Shown one piece after another: positions 9,001-16,675 of a stretch of 40,318 bases of DNA (the stretch's first letter is position 1; every line of letters starts with the position of its first letter). The DNA comes from a virus (taxonomy: Duplodnaviria > Caudoviricetes). Location: the IMG/VR virus record IMGVR_UViG_3300029169_000009, positions 1-40,318 of that record. The stretch is one strand, 5' to 3'. Position numbers and translations under genes: made by a program. The notes beneath the pieces are model-generated. The model made no database searches, was not told the origin of the DNA, and worked only from the letters and a program-made list of their open reading frames with translations.

Positions 9001-9546
9001 GTGAGGTTAGTCAATCTAGAAACGAAGCCGAAACAGTACCATAAATGGTATTCGGTTGTCAGAAAAGACATCGTAAGGTACGATTACCGTCATAAGAAGA
9101 GGACCAAAAAGGGTTCCATTTATTACACATGGACACACGGGTGGTGTGTCCGAATTAACTGGCATGGTAAGCAATATCGGAAGATGTTTTATGATCACCA
9201 TTCAAGTGGTCCGATCGAATCGCTTCATAGGGCGAAAATGTGGAGATTTCATAAGTATAATGAAATCGGTAAGCCTTATACTGATAAAGTATTGCAACCT
9301 GGAAAACAAAATGGGTTGGGGACGGGTTTGCGCCGTGTTCGGAATTATAAAGTCCAGATTCCAAGGGGCGACAAACTGTATAAGTACAATCGCGATGTGA
9401 TTTGTGTTACGTGGCCGATCGGAAACGGCAAACACGGTGCGACAACAGTGAGTGTGGATACGTACGGATTTGATGAAGCCCTAAAAAGGGCAAAGAAGAT
9501 ACTGTCGAATAAGTACAAAGAGTTTTACGGTGTAAAAGTATTGTAA
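9001..9546 (+). CDS. Basic DNA-binding protein with two AP2-like domains
   Basis: GWCVRINWHGKQYRKMF...A..WR and VCVTW..GNGK...VSVDTYGFDEALKRA resemble AP2/ApiAP2 three-strand-plus-helix units. Confidence 0.6.
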   Translation: MRLVNLETKPKQYHKWYSVVRKDIVRYDYRHKKRTKKGSIYYTWTHGWCVRINWHGKQYRKMFYDHHSSGPIESLHRAKMWRFHKYNEIGKPYTDKVLQPGKQNGLGTGLRRVRNYKVQIPRGDKLYKYNRDVICVTWPIGNGKHGATTVSVDTYGFDEALKRAKKILSNKYKEFYGVKVL

Positions 9547-9583
9547 ATATTTACTGTGGTTATAGATAAAGGGAGACAGTGGA

Positions 9584-11617
9584 ATGGAATTTCTTGATTT
9601 TAGAAAACTTATCGGCGCGAAAATAACTGAAATATTTCAATTGGACACCCAACTGTACATTGTCGACGTAGATCAGGATCGTCTTTGGGAAACGTATTTG
9701 AACAGTTTCCCAGAAGGAACCAACGAATTGTATCGCGAGCGTCGATTCTTCGACTGTAGTTGCTGCCGGTCATTCGTGAAACGATTCGGTGGTGTGATCG
9801 CTATCGGTGATGATATGAAACCGATCTCTATCTGGGATGTGAATCCAGCCGACGACACGTATGCGATGATGGTTCAGGTGATGTCCAGGTTGGTGAAGCG
9901 TGCGAAGATCCGGGATGTGTTTGTTACCAAGGATAAGCAGATCGGTCAAGCGGAATCACACGAGAACCGGGGCGATCATGTTCATACGTGGCATCACTTG
10001 TACACAAACATTCCACGTAAGCATATCAATCGTTCGCCGGCCGAACAGCAGTCAGAAATGCGGTCTGCCAAAGAGGTTTTTCACCGGTCATTGTCGGAAA
10101 TCACAAGAAGTGCTGTAAACACAATCTTGGATCTGATTTCACAAAACTCGTTATACAAAGGTAATGAGTGGCAAGTCGTTCTCGAGAAGTTCCTTCAATG
10201 CAAAGACCAGTATATCGATTGCAAGAAAACCGATGTTGATCGCTTCTGCTGGTCTAAATCATTTGAAGTAGGCCCCGTCATTGCGAGAATTCGAAATCAC
10301 TCCATCGGCGTGCTTTTGATTGATGTGTCGGAAGGTATGCCGCTTGACGTAGCAGTAAAGAAGTACGAGAAAATCGTGGCGCCGACCAACTACAAAAGAC
10401 CGAAACCGATTTTCACCAAGAAGATGGTCGACGAAGCTCAGAAAACAGTCGAAGAGCTCGGCCTTGTCGACTCGCTTCCGCGTCGCTATGCTGTGATTGA
10501 GGATATCAGTGTTGGCAACATTTTGTTTGCCAACAAGGGTGCAGTCAAAAAGATGTCGGGCGACGTGTTCGATGAAATAAAAGATGAGGCGTCCGGCGGG
10601 AAAATCAGCTCATTTGATCGAGTGGAAGAAATTTCAATCGATGATTTCATCGCCAATGTGGTGCCTCGAATTTCTGAAATGGAAGTTCTGTTTGAGTACG
10701 ATCACATTCCGAATCTGGTTTCTCTGATTGCCCCACAGAACGCAGATAGCCCAACATTATTCAAATGGGGTAATGCGTATTCGTGGTCATACAATGGGAA
10801 CATCGCCGATAGTATGAAAGAGCAAGTCAAAGCGGCCGGTGGAAAAATTCATGGAGTTCTTCGCTTCAGTATTCGATGGAATGAAAATGGTGACAATCAA
10901 AATGATTTCGACGCTCATTCCACAGAGCCAAGCGGTAACGAGATTTATTACGTAAACAAAGGCCAGCGACATCCGTCTTCGGGGATGCTCGATGTTGACA
11001 TCATTCACCCAAAAGAAAAACAGGTGGCAGTTGAAAACATCATTTATGACAATCTGGCTAAAATGCCACCTGGCAAGTACTTGTTCCGTGTTCACAATTA
11101 CAATGAACGTGGCGGTGTTTCGGGATTTCGAGCTGAAATTGAATTTTCCGGAGAAGTGTACAGGTACAATTACGCTAAACCGATCGCTCGTTCTCAATAC
11201 ATCGATGTGGCAGAAGTAACGTTGTCAGCAGATCGGAAAATGTCAATTAAGCACAAATTGTCAGAGAGTTGTTTCAAAACACAGGAGTGGGGCATCAAGA
11301 CTGGCGAGTTTCACCAGGTTTCAGTTTGTATGTTGTCTCCGAATTACTGGGATCAGCAAACCGGGATCGGCCACAAGCATTATTTCTTCATGCTTGATAA
11401 ATGCGTCAATGATGGGAGACCGAATGGTTTTTACAACGAGTTCCTCAAACAGGATTTGGCGAAGCACAAGCGAGTGTTCGAACTCCTTGGAAGTAAAATG
11501 AAAGTCGAAATAAGCCCACATCAACTGTCCGGTATCGGGTTCAGTTCGACGAAGAGGAGCGTCATTACGTGCAGAGTAAAGGGCAGTGTTAACCGTGTAA
11601 TCAAAGTTAAAATATAG
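9584..11617 (+). CDS. Large conserved-type phage protein with CSCC motif and a C-terminal YfaP/DUF2135-like domain
   Basis: FDCSCCRSF and WHH putative metal ligands; NDFDAHSTEPSGNEIYY...GMLDVD...VENI matches the DUF2135-like DLDLHVxEPxG...LDVD...ENI pattern; GGGAG SD. Confidence 0.6.
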   Translation: MEFLDFRKLIGAKITEIFQLDTQLYIVDVDQDRLWETYLNSFPEGTNELYRERRFFDCSCCRSFVKRFGGVIAIGDDMKPISIWDVNPADDTYAMMVQVMSRLVKRAKIRDVFVTKDKQIGQAESHENRGDHVHTWHHLYTNIPRKHINRSPAEQQSEMRSAKEVFHRSLSEITRSAVNTILDLISQNSLYKGNEWQVVLEKFLQCKDQYIDCKKTDVDRFCWSKSFEVGPVIARIRNHSIGVLLIDVSEGMPLDVAVKKYEKIVAPTNYKRPKPIFTKKMVDEAQKTVEELGLVDSLPRRYAVIEDISVGNILFANKGAVKKMSGDVFDEIKDEASGGKISSFDRVEEISIDDFIANVVPRISEMEVLFEYDHIPNLVSLIAPQNADSPTLFKWGNAYSWSYNGNIADSMKEQVKAAGGKIHGVLRFSIRWNENGDNQNDFDAHSTEPSGNEIYYVNKGQRHPSSGMLDVDIIHPKEKQVAVENIIYDNLAKMPPGKYLFRVHNYNERGGVSGFRAEIEFSGEVYRYNYAKPIARSQYIDVAEVTLSADRKMSIKHKLSESCFKTQEWGIKTGEFHQVSVCMLSPNYWDQQTGIGHKHYFFMLDKCVNDGRPNGFYNEFLKQDLAKHKRVFELLGSKMKVEISPHQLSGIGFSSTKRSVITCRVKGSVNRVIKVKI

Positions 11618-11621
11618 GAGA

Positions 11622-11999
11622 GTGATCATGTTCGAACAAGCGTTACGACTGAAACTGAGATTCGAGTACAGAGGACAGTGCACCGTCGAAGATCTGTGGG
11701 ATGTGCCCGTCACTGATTTGGACAACCTGTATCAGCAGTACCAAGAGCAACTCGACAAGGGCAAAGGTAGCCTGCTGAAGAAGTCTGTGACCACCAATGC
11801 GAATGCGCTGTTGGAGCTCAAGTCCAATATCGTGAAACATATCGTCGAGACGAAGCTCGCCGAAGCCAAAGAAAAACGAAAAGCAGTCGAACGATCGGAG
11901 AAGAAGCAGCGGGTGATGCAGATCATTGCTGAGAAGCAGGACGACGAATTGAAAGGGAAGTCTGTGAAAGAGTTGAAACAGCTCATGAAGGAATTGTGA
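11622..11999 (+). CDS. Conserved-type coiled-coil phage protein
   Basis: MFEQALRLKLRF..RG..TVEDLWD N-terminus; K/E-rich helix; AGGAG SD. Confidence 0.7.
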   Translation: MIMFEQALRLKLRFEYRGQCTVEDLWDVPVTDLDNLYQQYQEQLDKGKGSLLKKSVTTNANALLELKSNIVKHIVETKLAEAKEKRKAVERSEKKQRVMQIIAEKQDDELKGKSVKELKQLMKEL

Positions 12000-12002
12000 T
12001 CG

Positions 12003-12809
12003 ATGAGATACGTAGAACCGCAAGTGTTCCTGGTGGCGCAAACCGTGTTCAACCATGGAGGATTCGAAGATTATATGAGGTCAATCGGGCACTGTGAGTA
12101 TTTGCACGGTATGGATACTTGTAGTGACGCTGAGAACCTCATCGAAGCCGGCGGCCGTATGTGTTACCGTTCATGGGCGCCATACGATGAAGAGAATCAA
12201 GAAGGGACAAATGTGAATGTCGGCAAAGTGCGGAAAGGCAACAAGAATTACGTCGGCAATATCATCAAGCAAAAGCATGGTTCAGTTATGGAACATGCGA
12301 ATGCTACGTTCATTTTCAAGGACGTATCGAGAGTATTTACGCATGAACTTGTTAGGCATCGAGCAGGTTGTGCGTTTTCTCAAGAAAGTCTTCGGTATGT
12401 TCGATTGACCGATATACCTTTCTGGATGCCGGAATCCGTTCGGGAAAACTCAGCATTGGTTGAGGCTGCTGGACAAGTCCTTCGCGGCCTTGAACAGTTT
12501 CAGCAACGGTTGGCGGAGATGACCAATATTGATGCGGCCGATGGTGTGCCGTTTGCGGTCAAAAAGAAGCTCACTTCGATGTTTCGCCGCTTTGCTCCAA
12601 TCGGCCTGTCAACGACAATCATGGTGACAATGAATATGCGAGCATTGCGGCATATCATCGCCATGCGTACTTCGCCCGGCGCCGAAGAAGAGATTCGTTT
12701 GGTATTCGACAAAGTGGCTGCGATCGCCAAAAAAGAGTGGCCAAACATCTTCCAAGATATGGAACGCCATCCGAACGGCGAATGGATGTTCACAAACGAA
12801 AAAGTGTAA
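12003..12809 (+). CDS. thyX: FAD-dependent thymidylate synthase
   Basis: AGGRMCY, HGSVMEH, SRVFTHELVRHR...FSQESLRY (ThyX RHR-x7/8-S motif), N.R.L.H...R, AEEEIR. Confidence 0.95.
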   Translation: MRYVEPQVFLVAQTVFNHGGFEDYMRSIGHCEYLHGMDTCSDAENLIEAGGRMCYRSWAPYDEENQEGTNVNVGKVRKGNKNYVGNIIKQKHGSVMEHANATFIFKDVSRVFTHELVRHRAGCAFSQESLRYVRLTDIPFWMPESVRENSALVEAAGQVLRGLEQFQQRLAEMTNIDAADGVPFAVKKKLTSMFRRFAPIGLSTTIMVTMNMRALRHIIAMRTSPGAEEEIRLVFDKVAAIAKKEWPNIFQDMERHPNGEWMFTNEKV

Positions 12810-12831
12810 TTCAACACAGTAGGAGAGTGGC

Positions 12832-13065
12832 ATGGAAGTTAAATTCAATATGGATTTTCTTAACGGTATCCTCGACGCTAATAAGAGGAACATTTCAAAG
12901 ACTGCTCGCGAGATCGACGTTAACCGGCGCACCATTCAACGAATTCTGCATGGAACAGACGATGCAGTGTTTTCCCGAATCTTGATTTCGAAAGTGGTCA
13001 AAGCGTACGATCGTCGCGGCTATGCAAAGAGCGATATTCCGAACGCGTACTTGATCATCGAGTAA
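12832..13065 (+). CDS. Small helix-turn-helix DNA-binding protein (Fis/Cro-like HTH)
   Basis: NISKTAREIDVNRRTIQRIL is a canonical HTH; AGGAG SD. Confidence 0.75.
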   Translation: MEVKFNMDFLNGILDANKRNISKTAREIDVNRRTIQRILHGTDDAVFSRILISKVVKAYDRRGYAKSDIPNAYLIIE

Positions 13066-13140
13066 CAGTCAGAACACGTCAATAGGTGTCGCAGAGTGTC
13101 AAGAAGTGTCAGGAGATGCCAAATTGTGCTCCTGACACTT
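13061..13140. repeat. 10-bp-period direct-repeat array plus perfect 12-bp inverted repeat (putative operator/iteron site)
   Basis: Consecutive 10-mers AGTAACAGTC/AGAACACGTC/AATAGGTGTC/GCAGAGTGTC/AAGAAGTGTC/AGGAGATGCC; AAGTGTCAGGAG (13104-13115) and CTCCTGACACTT (13129-13140) are exact reverse complements. Confidence 0.75.
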
Positions 13141-13245
13141 GGTGTTGATCGATAGATGTGGTATATTGCAGCATACCATATTGCCGTCACTGTGAAAATA
13201 TTTATCAAATGTGATTCGTAATCGATTACACCATTAAAGGTTATC

Positions 13246-13623
13246 ATGAGCTCTGAAGTGTCCAGCAACCAAACATGTTTCTACATCACCGTTAACAACA
13301 AAATCGAGATCACTAAAAAGGACGGCCTCGAGTATATGGCTGTGTTTAAGTCTTTCGGAGATGCTGATCGTATACTCAAGGACAAAGTCAAAAAGGTATC
13401 TGAAGAAACAGGGTCAAAGGTTACTGGGGATATTATGAGGACCACTATAGTTCAATGTATGCGGTTCGTATTGCAGAAATCACAAAGCGATGATGTGATC
13501 GGTGGTGTCAACTACATCACCTCAGTAATGGCAAACAACAGGTGTCGATCCGCCTTCATTGAAATTGACCTGATTGAAAACTTCAGAGAGCACTGTTCTG
13601 CTGTCGCCAACGTACAAAATTAA
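13246..13623 (+). CDS. Hypothetical protein
   Basis: AAGGT SD; first ORF after the intergenic region. Confidence 0.6.
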   Translation: MSSEVSSNQTCFYITVNNKIEITKKDGLEYMAVFKSFGDADRILKDKVKKVSEETGSKVTGDIMRTTIVQCMRFVLQKSQSDDVIGGVNYITSVMANNRCRSAFIEIDLIENFREHCSAVANVQN

Positions 13624-13924
13624 AGTGATCATCTACGATTTAATTGGCGGTCCGCTCTGTGGCGACATGTATGAATCGGATGAAGTCCTTCCTTTAGGCA
13701 CAGAAGTCGATCTTGTGAACATCTATTCTTCGCTGATGAGTGAATGCTATCTGAGTATCGCGGAAAAATACCCTGAATTACTAAGCGAAGCAACGGTCGA
13801 AGATGTCATTGGCGACGGTGAAGAGAGTCAATTATTTGAAAATCAAATACTGGCATACGCTGTATACATTGTTTCAGACGGGCAAAAAATGCAATATTTG
13901 AAGTCGTACTATGGACAGGTCTGA
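13574..13924 (+). CDS. Hypothetical acidic protein (start may be GTG at 13625)
   Basis: Tiling ORF; 'LIGGPLCG' motif. Confidence 0.5.
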   Translation: MKTSESTVLLSPTYKIKVIIYDLIGGPLCGDMYESDEVLPLGTEVDLVNIYSSLMSECYLSIAEKYPELLSEATVEDVIGDGEESQLFENQILAYAVYIVSDGQKMQYLKSYYGQV

Positions 13925-14120
13925 ATTTGAAAACCATCTGTACGGTATCGTCAAAAGTGAGCAACCGAATCTTACTTGGTTTGATTTTCGACTCATCATC
14001 AGTGTCTTAGAGTCAGAGTACGATTTTGACGATATAGTTGACGAATGCAATAAGTTGGGTATCACTGTCGACTTACTGAAGCACGCTTCTGTTGCGGCGA
14101 ATAATCCAAGTATGAATTAA
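13911..14120 (+). CDS. Hypothetical protein
   Basis: Tiling ORF. Confidence 0.55.
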   Translation: MDRSEFENHLYGIVKSEQPNLTWFDFRLIISVLESEYDFDDIVDECNKLGITVDLLKHASVAANNPSMN

Positions 14121-14270
14121 TTCGTATAATGCTTTTTGTGTGGATAAGTTTGATAATTCCGGTTGTATTTAGTTTATCATGATTTATCTGTATGATTCGC
14201 TTGTAAACGTAAATAATGGATATAATGTATATAATTATTGCTTCCATTGTAATGTAAAAATGGAGACACA
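14121..14270 (+). promoter_or_regulatory. Very AT-rich intergenic region, probable promoter(s)
   Basis: TATAAT at 14125, 14221 and 14230; CCATTGTAA motif at 14244; GGAGA SD before the next gene. Confidence 0.5.
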
Positions 14271-14272
14271 CA

Positions 14273-14575
14273 TTGAGTGCTAATTCCAGCAACAAAATAG
14301 AACCTAAATCGGATATTGAAAAATTACGCCTCACAGTTCGTCGTCAGTCAGAGGCGCTTAATGCAACTTTCAGTCACATCGGTGCTCAATTTGAAAGGCT
14401 GGCTGTCGCTTTTGAAAAGATCACTGAAGTCTGTATCGATGAACACAAAATGAAAACTGATGTTTGTTCGGAGTCAAACGAGCCGACGTCATCAGCGGGG
14501 AATCCGAATCATGATAAACCAATCACAAGCAGCGGACATACGCCGGGCGAAGGATATTCTCGAAACCGTCATTAA
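14273..14575 (+). CDS. Hypothetical protein
   Basis: TTG start after GGAGA; helical N-half. Confidence 0.5.
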   Translation: MSANSSNKIEPKSDIEKLRLTVRRQSEALNATFSHIGAQFERLAVAFEKITEVCIDEHKMKTDVCSESNEPTSSAGNPNHDKPITSSGHTPGEGYSRNRH

Positions 14576-14807
14576 GCAGCAGTCGCAAGGCTTGAGTACG
14601 GTTTTAGAAGAGATCTCATACGGAAAGACTGAAGCGACTGTCGAAGTCAAAAGGCACATTGAAGAATTGATGACTGAGATCGCGGCGTTGTCATCGATCA
14701 TTAACAAGATCGATGCGATGACGACATCAACAGCAGTCGATTTTCATTTTCTACTCGAACCTGTTTTGAAAAATTTGGAGAAAGCAAGTGGCAAGCAAAG
14801 TAAGTAG
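14511..14807 (+). CDS. Hypothetical helical protein
   Basis: ATG at 14511 after GGGG; amphipathic helices. Confidence 0.55.
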   Translation: MINQSQAADIRRAKDILETVIKQQSQGLSTVLEEISYGKTEATVEVKRHIEELMTEIAALSSIINKIDAMTTSTAVDFHFLLEPVLKNLEKASGKQSK

Positions 14808-14982
14808 TAACATTGATCAACTTATCAAGGCCGTCCAACAAAGTGCCAACACCTTGCCGAAAGCAAAATTGCTGATCCACAAGGGTGGCTGCGATGTACA
14901 AGTGGGGGAAGGTGTGACTGCACTGCGCAGTGGCAACGGAGCTCAAGTAGCAAAACTATTGTCTGAGGGCATTCAAACATGA
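14788..14982 (+). CDS. Hypothetical protein
   Basis: GGAG SD, GTG start; ATGA coupling to the next gene. Confidence 0.55.
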   Translation: MASKVSSNIDQLIKAVQQSANTLPKAKLLIHKGGCDVQVGEGVTALRSGNGAQVAKLLSEGIQT

Positions 14983-15275
14983 AATTACACCAACGCTTAG
15001 TCAATCTCATTAACTATCTTTTCGAAACCGAATACCGGGAAGGTCCAGATGTTTCGGTAGTCGACGCTGAAGGTGTTTACAAGATTCGCGTGTATCAAGA
15101 TTCGCGGAAAGACTGGCGTTGGAAATTTTTGCGCCGTAACAAGCTCAATAACGAATGGATAAACGTTGCGCAAGGCCCGAGAAAGTTTAAAAGAGCCAAT
15201 GACTGTGTCGATACGGTCAAAGCTCTTTTTGGTCAAGTGTACGAGAATTTGAAAATCGATATGAGAGAGGGATAA
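14979..15275 (+). CDS. YegP/DUF1508-like protein
   Basis: IRVYQDSRKDWRWKF...N...VAQG...F....DC resembles the DUF1508 pattern (Y.D..G.WRWRL...NG.IIA.S..Y.....C). Confidence 0.55.
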   Translation: MKLHQRLVNLINYLFETEYREGPDVSVVDAEGVYKIRVYQDSRKDWRWKFLRRNKLNNEWINVAQGPRKFKRANDCVDTVKALFGQVYENLKIDMREG

Positions 15276-15276
15276 G

Positions 15277-15642
15277 ATGATTGTCAAAGTAGGTAATCAA
15301 CTGTTCAACTCCAGCGAAGTCATTGTCGGTGTCAAGCTGGAGAAACACGAGATCGAACGAATTGCCAAGTGGCCTGGTACAGATACGGATGTGATCTGTG
15401 GACACCCAAACAAGGTAGACAGGTCGCAGGTCGAAGATTTTCAAAAGGAGTTCGTCGCCGAGCTGAATCAGATGTCGATGGCTCTTCAAGAGCAAAATGA
15501 AGCACTCTCTCAGGAGAATGCAGTTTTGCGAAAGAAGTTGGAAGAGATGAAAACCGGTGTCAAGCCGAAGTCGATGCCGATGGGATCGAAACAGCCGTTA
15601 CAAATTACTGGCGGCGATATGAAGAGCAACAAGAAGAAGTAA
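15277..15642 (+). CDS. Hypothetical protein with C-terminal coiled coil
   Basis: GAGG SD; LQEQNEALSQENAVLRKKL heptads. Confidence 0.65.
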   Translation: MIVKVGNQLFNSSEVIVGVKLEKHEIERIAKWPGTDTDVICGHPNKVDRSQVEDFQKEFVAELNQMSMALQEQNEALSQENAVLRKKLEEMKTGVKPKSMPMGSKQPLQITGGDMKSNKKK

Positions 15643-15670
15643 TCGTAATTTCAAAATAATGGACTGATGT

Positions 15671-16108
15671 ATGAAATGGGAAACAGTGAAAAAGGCTAGG
15701 TCAAGAAGCCCGAACCCAAGCATACGTCTAGGTGTAAACAACAGTTTTCTGAACAAGGCATTTTGTGTTGCGAACGGTCTTGTGAAAACTGGTGACAAGA
15801 TCACTTATGACCTAGTGTACAGCAACGATAAGGATGGACAGTTCTTCGGACTCAAAATCTTTGACGAAGGGAAATCGGTTGCGAAATTGACCAGCAGCAA
15901 TCAGGTGAGCATTTACCTGAAAACGTACTTTGCATCGAAAGGCTTTGAAGTCACCGAAAACTTCACAGTTACGATGAAAAAGAGACGATTGAAAGGTGGT
16001 ATCGTCGTTTGGTGCTTCCAATTGGATCCGAATAAGATTCGATCAATATCGATGGATGAACACAAAAAAGCAAGTGAACTGGTGGACAAGAAGCGGAACA
16101 AGAATTAA
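15671..16108 (+). CDS. Basic hypothetical protein
   Basis: ORF ending just before a terminator. Confidence 0.65.
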   Translation: MKWETVKKARSRSPNPSIRLGVNNSFLNKAFCVANGLVKTGDKITYDLVYSNDKDGQFFGLKIFDEGKSVAKLTSSNQVSIYLKTYFASKGFEVTENFTVTMKKRRLKGGIVVWCFQLDPNKIRSISMDEHKKASELVDKKRNKN

Positions 16109-16137
16109 ACAGTAACTTGCACACTATATCTCCCTTG

Positions 16138-16178
16138 AGGCCCTGGCGCAGCGCATGCTGTGTTGGGGCCTTTTTGTT
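16138..16178 (+). terminator. Rho-independent terminator
   Basis: AGGCCCTGGCGCAGC-GCAT-GCTGTGTTGGGGCCT stem with G:U pairs, followed by TTTTGTT. Confidence 0.8.
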
Positions 16179-16248
16179 GGAATAACTTTTTGTATTGAAC
16201 GCTGATCCGATTATTATTATCAGAAAGTTAACCCCACTGGAGATTGTT

Positions 16249-16674
16249 ATGAACAAAGAAGCTGTTCTTATAGCCAGAGTGTCTGCCGGCGAAGGCAAGT
16301 TGCTCTATGGCGAAAAACGTGGCTTCCGGACTACTGATGAGTACACTACTTTGATCATCGGTAAAGCTAGAGAGCTGCAGTATATGCACGGCGGCGCCGA
16401 TATTTACCTTTACAACAAAGGTGAAAATGCGTTCGATTTTCGCGTCCTTGAAAGCGGTCGCATTGATGGGCTTTTAGTTGACAAACCTGAGCCAACTGAT
16501 TCGAATATGGTTGCTACACTTGGTGGCACCGTATCTCCGACCAGTGACCCTCCCACATCGAGCGATAAACAGTTGATGGTTTCGCGTCCGACGTATCTTA
16601 AGATTCAGGTGAAATCTTCAGTTGCCGGCGCCGAGACGGTTGTCGACATTGAGTTCAAAGGAACTGAACTGTAA
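16249..16674 (+). CDS. Hypothetical protein (possible virion beta-sandwich protein)
   Basis: GGAGA SD before ATG 16249; beta-rich; first gene of the late-looking block. Confidence 0.6.
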   Translation: MNKEAVLIARVSAGEGKLLYGEKRGFRTTDEYTTLIIGKARELQYMHGGADIYLYNKGENAFDFRVLESGRIDGLLVDKPEPTDSNMVATLGGTVSPTSDPPTSSDKQLMVSRPTYLKIQVKSSVAGAETVVDIEFKGTEL

Positions 16675-16675
16675 A

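Noticed and set aside
13061-13140. CRISPR mini-array
   Set aside because: The period is 10 bp with no spacers and no cas genes.
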